From: a virus
Reading direction: 5' to 3' (one strand)
Virus record (IMG/VR): IMGVR_UViG_3300014050_000004
Coordinates: 1 to 64,000 of that record
DNA: 64,000 nucleotides
Every line of letters begins with the position of its first letter. The stretch's first letter is position 1. This document shows, one piece after another, positions 53,905 to 61,579 of this stretch. A program made the position numbers and the translations under genes. The notes under the pieces are model-generated. The model had not been told where the DNA came from and made no database searches. It saw only the letters and a list, made by a program, of their open reading frames with translations.

Positions 53905-54235
53905 TAGGGTTCTTTATTTGTACTTTGTAGAATTCCATTTTCAGCTCTTCTACTTTTTCAGACAGCCTATAGAAATCTTCTTTCAAGACATACTTGGTAG
54001 GTAATTCAGCTCTGATGTCGTTGACTGCGTCCTGAACTTTCTGAACATGGAACAGCACCAGGTCGACTTTTTCCTTGCTTTCAGAGAAGATCTTGTCCTC
54101 TCGCTCCTTGGCCTCTTCTCTAACTTTTTCAACCCTTGTGGACCCTTGGCTTTGAAGCCAAAAAGCTCCCCCAACCCCGCTAGCTGCAGCGGTTATGATC
54201 AAAGATGCAATACCCAGTACAATTTCTGGTCCCAT
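53882..54235 (-). CDS. Membrane-anchored coiled-coil protein (holin/spanin-like, uncertain)
   Basis: N-terminal hydrophobic helix IVLGIASLIITAAASGVGGAFW followed by a coiled coil. Confidence 0.6.
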   Translation of the reverse strand: MGPEIVLGIASLIITAAASGVGGAFWLQSQGSTRVEKVREEAKEREDKIFSESKEKVDLVLFHVQKVQDAVNDIRAELPTKYVLKEDFYRLSEKVEELKMEFYKVQIKNPNDALKPL

Positions 54236-54238
54236 GAC

Positions 54239-55216
54239 TCATTCCCTCCCTGGCAAACCAGATTTTCCTTCTTTCAATCTCTGCTTCACAGATTCTGGGA
54301 GACCTGACTCCCATCCGTTTTTCTTTGCGATGGCAATGATCTTTTTCATTACAAGGTCAGGGTTCTTGGCCCGCCCAACAGAAGACCAAGCGGCACTTAC
54401 ATCTTGAGGACTTGAGATTGGGAAAGACATGCCAGGGCCAGCAAAGTCTCCCTTGACTGAGCCTTTCTGCAATTCTTTTCTCTCCTCCACAGTCCACTCT
54501 CTGAATTCTGGAGTGGGTAAACCAGATTCCCCCTTACCAAGTCTCTCCTTGACGCTTTCTGGCAAACCAGATTCCCATCCGTACTTCTTGGCAATTTTTA
54601 TGATATTCGCCATCACTTTGCGGGGGTCTTTTGCTCTCCCAACAGAAGTCCAAGCTGTTCCCACATCTTCTGGGCTAGCAATGGGGAAAGACATACCAGG
54701 ACCAGCAAATTCTCCCTTCATTTCTCCGCTGTGGAGCTTCTCTCTCTTTTCGGAAGACCACTCTCGGAATTCTCGGTCGAGTTTGGCTTTACAGGAAGAG
54801 CATTTACACTTACCTGGCCCTTCACACTTTGAGGAACACCCTTCTTCGAACACCGCCTGAGGCATCGATAAGAGTTCTGAATCATCAGCAAACTTGTATT
54901 CTTGTTTCTTAATCTCACGGAAAGCAGCAGCCCTGGCCTTCTTTCTACTCATGATTTCTTTCATGACTTCAGGCCCTTCAGCATGCTCGTTCCGATTGCG
55001 GTTGATTAAGCCAGCCCTCTTTTCTCGGGCTTTACGATTCATCTCCAGGATCGACTCATTGTGGTAGGTTAGATTTCCGTCCTCATCCGTCCTCCACTTT
55101 TTGCCGGATTTGTTCATTTCTGCTAATTTGTCTGAAGAAATTGCTGTAGCAGCGTTGATAGCTCCCCCAACCCCTGGCAGAGTCACTGAAGAAAAGTTGA
55201 GGTTGGGTATGTCCAT
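54239..55216 (-). CDS. Protein with a Cys cluster and two tandem 88-aa C-terminal repeats
   Basis: CSSKCEGPGKCKCSSC; EFREW...FAGPGMSFPI.SP.DV..AW.SVGRAK.P...GWESGLPESVK occurs twice. Confidence 0.85.
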   Translation of the reverse strand: MDIPNLNFSSVTLPGVGGAINAATAISSDKLAEMNKSGKKWRTDEDGNLTYHNESILEMNRKAREKRAGLINRNRNEHAEGPEVMKEIMSRKKARAAAFREIKKQEYKFADDSELLSMPQAVFEEGCSSKCEGPGKCKCSSCKAKLDREFREWSSEKREKLHSGEMKGEFAGPGMSFPIASPEDVGTAWTSVGRAKDPRKVMANIIKIAKKYGWESGLPESVKERLGKGESGLPTPEFREWTVEERKELQKGSVKGDFAGPGMSFPISSPQDVSAAWSSVGRAKNPDLVMKKIIAIAKKNGWESGLPESVKQRLKEGKSGLPGRE

Positions 55217-55236
55217 CACAGAGAATTTGGCTGTTA

Positions 55237-55246
55237 AGTTTTACCC
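55237..55246 (-). promoter_or_regulatory. GGGTAA motif (putative late promoter)
   Basis: GGGTAAAACT, 21 nt upstream of ATG 55216. Confidence 0.72.
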
Positions 55247-55253
55247 TGTTACT

Positions 55254-55565
55254 TTAGGGGTTTGCTTCATTATTGTCTTGTTGTGGTGTTTCCTTGCGCT
55301 TTCTGCTTTGTCCTAGAGCTGTTACAGACCCTTGAGAAGCAGAAGGAACAAGCAATGCCAGCAAAGTGGCAAGTGCAACCTTGCCGGTCTCACTGAGAGA
55401 GGAAGCAGCGTTGTTACACACGAGAGTGACCTTTTCAGACTCTTTTGAGGACTGAATTGCCGAGTGGCAGGAGAACATTTGGTACCCCACGGTCACAAAT
55501 TGAACCACGAAGATACTCACAAGAGCCCTAATCAGGAATGCTCTCTCATTGAACTGATTCAGCAT
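55254..55565 (-). CDS. Small membrane protein with two hydrophobic segments (holin-like, uncertain)
   Basis: FLIRALVSIFVVQFVTVGY and VALATLLALLVP. Confidence 0.65.
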   Translation of the reverse strand: MLNQFNERAFLIRALVSIFVVQFVTVGYQMFSCHSAIQSSKESEKVTLVCNNAASSLSETGKVALATLLALLVPSASQGSVTALGQSRKRKETPQQDNNEANP

Positions 55566-55588
55566 CTGAGTAAAATTGAGTACCTAGG

Positions 55589-55597
55589 AGTTTACCC
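55589..55597 (-). promoter_or_regulatory. GGGTAA motif (putative late promoter)
   Basis: GGGTAAACT, 24 nt upstream of ATG 55565. Confidence 0.72.
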
Positions 55598-56134
55598 TCA
55601 AACCTCATCCATCAGTTCTGCGATGATGTTATCAATCTCAGAATCACCCCCTTCTGCTTCATCGGATGCGAGATCATCTTCAAGAATGTCAAGAAGATCT
55701 TCAAGCTCATCCACCGTTATGTCAATGTCAGCCTCATCTTCCATATCTTCTTCAAACTCATCGGATCGGGACTCAAGAATACCTTCTAGCAATAGCTCAA
55801 GTTCTTGATCTTCCTCGTCATATTCCTCCTCTTCTCCCTCAAGAATGTCATCAAGCAACAGCTCAAGTTCCTCCTCTGTGAGTTCCTCCTCTTCTTCACC
55901 TTGAGCTTGAATTACCAGGCTCTGGTTGGCTTGAAACAAAGGGTCATTTCCAGGGTTAGCCTTCCACAAGCCTGTGTGTTGAATCCAGGGAGAGGTATTG
56001 ATGACGGTGTCAGTGGGTAACCCAGTGTATTCGTCGATCTCAATGTCCTCAGGGACTTGCAAACTCTGGGCGTAAGCCATCCTGAAAGCTTCAATGGATT
56101 CGGTGTCAAAATCCCCGTTGATTCTGTTAACCAT
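55598..56134 (-). CDS. Highly acidic GxF-leader protein, possible scaffold or prohead core (likely start MVNRI)
   Basis: GDFDTESIEAF leader; the C-terminal half is dominated by E/D in ELELLL-type repeats. Confidence 0.75.
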   Translation of the reverse strand: MVNRINGDFDTESIEAFRMAYAQSLQVPEDIEIDEYTGLPTDTVINTSPWIQHTGLWKANPGNDPLFQANQSLVIQAQGEEEEELTEEELELLLDDILEGEEEEYDEEDQELELLLEGILESRSDEFEEDMEDEADIDITVDELEDLLDILEDDLASDEAEGGDSEIDNIIAELMDEV

Positions 56135-56159
56135 GGTTGAGAAGTAAAGTTTCAGTGTA

Positions 56160-56168
56160 AACTTACCC
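56160..56168 (-). promoter_or_regulatory. GGGTAA motif overlapping a Gly-stop
   Basis: GGGTAAGTT, 26 nt upstream of ATG 56134. Confidence 0.7.
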
Positions 56169-56405
56169 TTTATCCCTCCATCCAGACATCTTTCCAGACA
56201 CATCTTGCAAAAGCTTAGAGTTGCCTTGAAGGTTGCCTGTGGAACTTTCTTCAAAGGTGGGACTTACAGTCTCCGAAAGCTTGTCTAGCAATGCCCCGTG
56301 TTCTTTATTAACAGCCCTTCTACACACCCGGTCGGCTGACACGAGCAAGGGTCCGCAAGGCACAAGACCTTGACTTTCTATGGACAATTTGACATTCTTC
56401 GTCAT
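56163..56405 (-). CDS. 80-aa protein with a half four-Cys motif
   Basis: ATGA-coupled; PCGPLLVSADRVCRR has the same C-x10-C spacing as CGATCIYRNNQC. Confidence 0.55.
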   Translation of the reverse strand: MTKNVKLSIESQGLVPCGPLLVSADRVCRRAVNKEHGALLDKLSETVSPTFEESSTGNLQGNSKLLQDVSGKMSGWRDKG

Positions 56406-56737
56406 GCGGATGTCCTATCTGGGTTGTGCCAAGTGTTCAGGTAGTCGGGATAATGAGAGTTCATTTTGCGTTCTAACCGAGGTTTAACATCTTCTTTGTT
56501 GCTTTCTCTCATCCCAGCAATAACTGCATCTCTCATTTTTCTAAGATCTTCTCTTGGAACGTTGCAATGAGGGCTGTCCCTGTAAGTGCGGAACCACCTG
56601 CAGACCTCGGAAGGGTCGTCTGACTGAAGCATCATGTTCCAAACAACGGTAGCCTGAGAATCCTTGAATATGCCGGATGGCAATCTGGCCTCCAGATCTT
56701 CTCTACTTGGGCGTTTGAAGCGTGTGTCTCTCCTCAT
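56402..56737 (-). CDS. Hypothetical protein, 111 aa, directly downstream of the HNH gene
   Basis: Starts 2 nt after the HNH gene stop. Confidence 0.75.
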   Translation of the reverse strand: MRRDTRFKRPSREDLEARLPSGIFKDSQATVVWNMMLQSDDPSEVCRWFRTYRDSPHCNVPREDLRKMRDAVIAGMRESNKEDVKPRLERKMNSHYPDYLNTWHNPDRTSA

Positions 56738-56738
56738 G

Positions 56739-58208
56739 TTACAACAAATTGTCTAGGTTGGGGACAAATTCCCTCAGCACTTGAGACAAATCATCACCAT
56801 ATTCGCTACTCTTCTGCTTCTGCAGGGCGAGCCTTGCGCTATTATTTCCTCTCACCGACATTGCCTCCTCGTCGGTCAAAATGCGAGCTTTTCTTAGGTC
56901 TTCCAGTTGTCCAATAAGTTGTTGTTTTTTCGAGGGGTCGACTGCTGCCAAAGCAATGAGAACGGCAGTACTCGGTTTAACTTTGGTTCCTGGCAAGGTT
57001 GGGACTCCATTGTTCATGAAAGCTGGCTTGCCTCCCATCCTGTGGTCAAGGTCTCTGTCTTGGTGCTGCCAACCCACCCCTGCCGCTCTTATCAAGTACC
57101 TTACCTTGTCACCGTAAGACTCAACAAGTTTCTTGGTATTTGCAACTCTTTCCTCGGGCGTGATGCTTGACAAAGCTTGGGACAATTCTCCAGGAGCTTG
57201 AGCCTTCTTGCCTTTCGTCGCCGCCGCCGACTCCGTAGCCGGATTGTACACCTGGTTGTTGTACTCTTCCCTTCCCATTTTCTGATACTTTTCAAGGGAT
57301 TGTTTCCACTTGGTAAAGTTGTCATCGGCTCCAGCCTTCTGGTTGTTTGGTTGAGCGGCTGCCCAGAGGAGGTTCCTTGGCTGGTCTCCGCCACCACCTT
57401 TCGCCAAAGCGTGTGCAAACGCCACCATGTGTTCCGGTTCGGCATTTCTGATGTCAATTGGCTTCCCAGTGTAGGGGTCTAGCCCACCTTGTTCCATCCA
57501 TCTTTTGACAAGGAACACACCCCTTGCTTTTGTCGGCTTACTTGAAAAGGTCGGATTACCTTTCTCGTCGTCCCCCGCATACATTACGCCTTCGCCCTTC
57601 ACAGCCCCAGCTTTGTCAATCGCAGATCTAACCTTTGCTGGCAACATGTTGTAGGCTGCTACAGCTACGGAGTCAGAGATTTCATTTTTGAGGTATTCAT
57701 TTTTGATGAGATCTCCCATACCTCCCTTTGCAGAAGGGTCAAACTTTCCTTCTTTTGAGAAAGAGGCCTGGTAAGCCTTCTCAAGGCTCTCCAGCTTCCC
57801 TGGCTTCAAAGCTGCTTCAATTTCATCGAAACTCATGACCCTTGGGGCATTCCTGTCTTGCCCGGGAGTTACGATCGTGCTGATGAGGAGGTTGGCAACT
57901 GAGTCAAGCTCTGTGTCCGAGGTTTTACCGGTATCAACCAGTTTCTTGAACAAGTCAAAAGCTTTCTGTTGGGAAGGCTCAATGTCCTTCAACTTTGAGA
58001 CCACTTCTTCAGCAGTTCCTTCCGACACTGAGCCTTGCTCCACCCGCTCAGACAGCAATTTAGAAACTTTTGAGATTGCCAAGCCTAAGGAAGGTGGCAA
58101 ATCTACCACACATTGATTGTTACGGTATATGCATGTAGCTCCGCAAGACTTCCCCTTGGTGCACTTGTCTTTTGAAGAAGGACTTTGGAAGTCGAACCAA
58201 TGAACCAT
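56739..58208 (-). CDS. Four-Cys-leader protein with an HNH nuclease domain (likely start MVHWF)
   Basis: KCTKGKSCGATCIYRNNQC; QGGLDPYTGKPI...EPEHMVAF...RNLLWAAAQPNNQK. Confidence 0.82.
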   Translation of the reverse strand: MVHWFDFQSPSSKDKCTKGKSCGATCIYRNNQCVVDLPPSLGLAISKVSKLLSERVEQGSVSEGTAEEVVSKLKDIEPSQQKAFDLFKKLVDTGKTSDTELDSVANLLISTIVTPGQDRNAPRVMSFDEIEAALKPGKLESLEKAYQASFSKEGKFDPSAKGGMGDLIKNEYLKNEISDSVAVAAYNMLPAKVRSAIDKAGAVKGEGVMYAGDDEKGNPTFSSKPTKARGVFLVKRWMEQGGLDPYTGKPIDIRNAEPEHMVAFAHALAKGGGGDQPRNLLWAAAQPNNQKAGADDNFTKWKQSLEKYQKMGREEYNNQVYNPATESAAATKGKKAQAPGELSQALSSITPEERVANTKKLVESYGDKVRYLIRAAGVGWQHQDRDLDHRMGGKPAFMNNGVPTLPGTKVKPSTAVLIALAAVDPSKKQQLIGQLEDLRKARILTDEEAMSVRGNNSARLALQKQKSSEYGDDLSQVLREFVPNLDNLL

Positions 58209-58229
58209 TTTTGCACGCATCAATACAAA

Positions 58230-58268
58230 AGTTTACCCTTTCACAAATTAAGAGAGTCGGGTAAAAAC
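58230..58268. promoter_or_regulatory. Back-to-back divergent GGGTAA motifs
   Basis: Minus-strand GGGTAAACT at 58230-58238 (22 nt to ATG 58208); plus-strand GGGTAAAAAC at 58259-58268 (23 nt to phoH ATG). Confidence 0.72.
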
Positions 58269-58290
58269 AGGGCAGAGTTGTCCTTAAGCT

Positions 58291-59118
58291 ATGAAAGACA
58301 AAGGCAACAGCCAATCAGATGGGGGTGATTTTGATGGTTTGATCCTCTTAAGCAACGAAGTATACAAAACGGTATCCACTGTTGTCAACAACCCCACCCA
58401 TCAAATGCTAACAAGTAAAGAAAAACGCAAAGCTCGCAGATCCTCGGAAGACTACGTTCCTTCCTCAAGAGGGATGGACATCAACTCCTTCCTGCCAAGA
58501 ACGAGAAGGCAGAGCAATCTATGGGATACCATAGACAATAACACAGTGACCATAGCCATCGGATCTAGCGGTACAGGGAAGACTCTTGTTTCCCTGTGGT
58601 ATGCCCTTCACCACCTGAGCCTGGGGCACTTCAGAAACGTGTACTACATCAGGAGTGATGTGGGAGTGGCCCACCAGAGGGGTAGAGGAGCCTTGCCAGG
58701 CTCTATGGAAGAAAAGATGGCTCCTCTTGTTGCCCCCTTGATGGACAATCTGTCTATCATTATGAGGTCTAACGGGGCTGCCGAGTACCTGATGTCGAAA
58801 AAGGTGATTCAACCATTGTTGTTGGAAGACATTCGCGGCAGAAGCTTAAATGACTCCTTCATCATTTTCGATGAAGCTCAGAACTCCACAAAAGAGCAAA
58901 CTAAAGCTGTCCTAACTAGAACTGGAGAAAGATCTAAGATTGTAGTAACCGGTGACACTCGCCAGGTTGACTTGAACGTATTCAACCATGACTCTGGGTT
59001 GCTAGATGCTTATCACAGGTTGTCTCAGATCCCCGGTATTGGAACTCTTCAGTTTCTCCCAGAGGATATAGTTCGCAACGGCATCATAACGGATATCTTA
59101 AATGCTTACGAAAGCTGA
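58291..59118 (+). CDS. phoH: PhoH-like ATPase
   Basis: GSSGTGKT, DIRGRSL, DEAQN, TGDTRQVD. Confidence 0.95.
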   Translation: MKDKGNSQSDGGDFDGLILLSNEVYKTVSTVVNNPTHQMLTSKEKRKARRSSEDYVPSSRGMDINSFLPRTRRQSNLWDTIDNNTVTIAIGSSGTGKTLVSLWYALHHLSLGHFRNVYYIRSDVGVAHQRGRGALPGSMEEKMAPLVAPLMDNLSIIMRSNGAAEYLMSKKVIQPLLLEDIRGRSLNDSFIIFDEAQNSTKEQTKAVLTRTGERSKIVVTGDTRQVDLNVFNHDSGLLDAYHRLSQIPGIGTLQFLPEDIVRNGIITDILNAYES

Positions 59119-59121
59119 AAT

Positions 59122-59150
59122 GAAAGGAGGGCTTACCACCCTCCTTTTTC
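59122..59150. terminator. Probably bidirectional terminator between convergent genes
   Basis: AAAGGAGGG-CTTACCA-CCCTCCTTT followed by a T run. Confidence 0.8.
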
Positions 59151-59200
59151 TTTGCTACATGTGCCACCACTCGAGTAGTTCAGCTGCCGTTTGAATATGC

Positions 59201-59386
59201 TCAGAGCAGATGCTCTGCATAGTCGTCGAAACCGTTTTGTCCGCCACACCATTTATCGTATCTTTCTTTGCCAAGGACTTGTGACCTGTTCAAGTATGAG
59301 TCCGCTTTCGGGCTCGTGATTAAACAAGTTGTGCCATGGTCCTCGTACATCAACTTGGGCACTGTGTCTGTTTGGGAAATCGCCAT
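59201..59386 (-). CDS. Small hypothetical protein
   Basis: 61 aa, WCGGQNGFDDYAE. Confidence 0.65.
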   Translation of the reverse strand: MAISQTDTVPKLMYEDHGTTCLITSPKADSYLNRSQVLGKERYDKWCGGQNGFDDYAEHLL

Positions 59387-59440
59387 TTTGCTCCGTTTAT
59401 TGAAAAATAACGAAACTTTTATGAAGGAGGTTCCATCTCC

Positions 59441-61144
59441 TTAGAATGATTCGTAACCCAGGGATCTGCGGCTTCTTGGGGAATACGACAATGAGCTAAA
59501 GTCCGGGTCGTTGAGGAAGGAATCCGAACCCAAGCCTCGCGTTCTCCGGCCTGAGACTGGAGAGGGTCTATTCAGAGTATAGCTTGACAGTGGCCTCCGG
59601 TAATCTCCGCTCTCTCCCTGAGGGAGCCCCCTGCCTGCCGAATCGATCTTGAGGGAGTAGTACATGAGAGACCAAACGCAAGCATCCACAGAGTCGTCGT
59701 GTCTCACATATGGGAAAGAAGTTAGTTCTTTGACAAACGCATCAGTCCATAAACCGCGAACAATCTTTACTCTTCCGCTTTCAAGAAGGGGGGACACAAC
59801 TTGCAACCTAACAGATTTGGATCTGTTGCCTGGCTTCATTTCCTCAATTGGAATGCGGGTCTCTCTCTTCAAAACTTGAATGAGCGATTGACCAGAAGCT
59901 GCTTTTTCTATACACAGAACCTTCGCCTTGTAGAAACTTTGTTGTTGCTTGACTCCTTCAAGAAGATCAGGGAAATCCCATCTCCCCTTCACTATGTCTC
60001 GGATGTAGACGGTCTCTGGTGACCTTTTGTTGATACCTGCGACACAAATCACACTCTCATCGGCCTGCTCTTCCTCAGAAAATGCGCAGTCAATTCCGAA
60101 CCAAATGAGATCGAGTTCTGGGCATTCTTCCTCTTCTATGACATCAATCCAAGAGTTTTTAACAATCTGGCCTTCAGCAGCTACAGGAACACCCTGATAC
60201 AAGGCTGCAAATTTGAAGGATCCCATGATCTTCTTCTGGGATTCTAGCATAGGGACCGAGAAAGTCGGGTTGCTTGGCCAATGCGACTCTCCGATCTTTC
60301 TGCCCAGCGGATCATTCCCAGGGTCTTCGCACAACCCTGCAATGTTGATCCACCTCCAACCAAAGGGGTTGGATTCCTCGTCGTAGAGACCATCCTTCTC
60401 CATAAGGATACCGTGAAGGTCCTTTTCGTGGAAACGGGTGGCAATAACCATCTGGCAATAGTGGTTCGTCCTTCTCGTAGAGGCCTGTTCTTGCCACCAG
60501 CTTTCCAAGTTGTCTAATGCCTGTTTGGAGTCTGAAGATTTCAAAGGGTCATCGATAATCATGGCCCCAACTCCCGGAGATTCCATGTCTGTGGTGCCTG
60601 CAGTGAATCCAGTGAGAACACCCCCAACCGAAGTAGCAAGGATGTATCCTCCACCTAACAAGTCGTATTTGGAATCCGGAGAGAAACCGGACCATTCCGG
60701 AAAGACCCTTTTGAACTCTTTAGACTTCATCATAGCCACAGATTCCCTGTGGAACTTACCGGACAAGGTGGCCCCGTAAGAAGCAACGATATGCTGAGTC
60801 CTTTCGTCTCTCCCAAGCAACCAAGCTAAGAACATCGAAGCAAGCATGGACTTGCCTGATCTAGGAGGGCAAGATACAATGAGTCTATTGTACCTTCTAT
60901 TTGCCACATCCTCAAAAGCTGAACCAATGATCTCATGGAAGTCTGCAACCTGGAGATCTCCGTTTTTCATGATATCAGAGAAAGCGAGGAAGCAATTCCT
61001 TGCTGCCTTGTATCTGTACTCCCGAACGATAGACTTCGGAGCTTCCATGATCATGAGCTCCCTGATTCCCCTCTGGTACTCTCTCCAAGAGGAAAACTCT
61101 TCAAGTTGGGAGGAGTGAGTTATGACGGGTCTGCTGAAATCCAT
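59441..61144 (-). CDS. terL: Terminase large subunit
   Basis: CPPRSGKS, IIDDPLK, ATRFHEKD, FGIDCA, HDDSVDA. Confidence 0.95.
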   Translation of the reverse strand: MDFSRPVITHSSQLEEFSSWREYQRGIRELMIMEAPKSIVREYRYKAARNCFLAFSDIMKNGDLQVADFHEIIGSAFEDVANRRYNRLIVSCPPRSGKSMLASMFLAWLLGRDERTQHIVASYGATLSGKFHRESVAMMKSKEFKRVFPEWSGFSPDSKYDLLGGGYILATSVGGVLTGFTAGTTDMESPGVGAMIIDDPLKSSDSKQALDNLESWWQEQASTRRTNHYCQMVIATRFHEKDLHGILMEKDGLYDEESNPFGWRWINIAGLCEDPGNDPLGRKIGESHWPSNPTFSVPMLESQKKIMGSFKFAALYQGVPVAAEGQIVKNSWIDVIEEEECPELDLIWFGIDCAFSEEEQADESVICVAGINKRSPETVYIRDIVKGRWDFPDLLEGVKQQQSFYKAKVLCIEKAASGQSLIQVLKRETRIPIEEMKPGNRSKSVRLQVVSPLLESGRVKIVRGLWTDAFVKELTSFPYVRHDDSVDACVWSLMYYSLKIDSAGRGLPQGESGDYRRPLSSYTLNRPSPVSGRRTRGLGSDSFLNDPDFSSLSYSPRSRRSLGYESF

Positions 61145-61145
61145 T

Positions 61146-61427
61146 TCAAGAATTCTGGTCTAGCTTTTTGAGCAATTTTTCGACTGTCGGATTGTACTCC
61201 TTTGCTAGAGATTTCTCCTTCTCACTCTCAGGATCCGAGAGGCTTACTATATCGGCAACCAAGTCTCTGTGGGCCTTAACGGCAGAGTTAAAGACCGTAA
61301 CGAGGTCTCGGGTTCCGCACTCGCGGATTTGATCCTGCAAAAGTTCCAAGGAGTCCTCAGCAATCTGAAGAGCCTTCGTAGCCAGTTCCTCTTTCTGCTT
61401 GAGGATCTTTTCATTCGTTTCTTTCAT
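61146..61427 (-). CDS. Putative terminase small subunit
   Basis: Helical 93-aa ORF immediately upstream of terL. Confidence 0.45.
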   Translation of the reverse strand: MKETNEKILKQKEELATKALQIAEDSLELLQDQIRECGTRDLVTVFNSAVKAHRDLVADIVSLSDPESEKEKSLAKEYNPTVEKLLKKLDQNS

Positions 61428-61576
61428 CTCATTCTCCTGTTACAAGAGCTGCAACCTTGATAAGGATTGCCTATAGTTCGTATACTGTGAATTTGTTTCA
61501 ATATCTTGTTTGCAAGACTCGGGTCGTTGTTTCGAATTGCTTGGTGGTACAGATTCCAGAGTTCTTGGGGAGACAT
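61424..61576 (-). CDS. 50-aa protein missing from the ORF track, with C-terminal CxxC
   Basis: MSPQELWNLYHQAIRNNDPSLANKILKQIHSIRTIGNPYQGCSSCNRRMR; ATGA overlap with the next gene. Confidence 0.7.
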   Translation of the reverse strand: MSPQELWNLYHQAIRNNDPSLANKILKQIHSIRTIGNPYQGCSSCNRRMR

Positions 61577-61579
61577 AGA

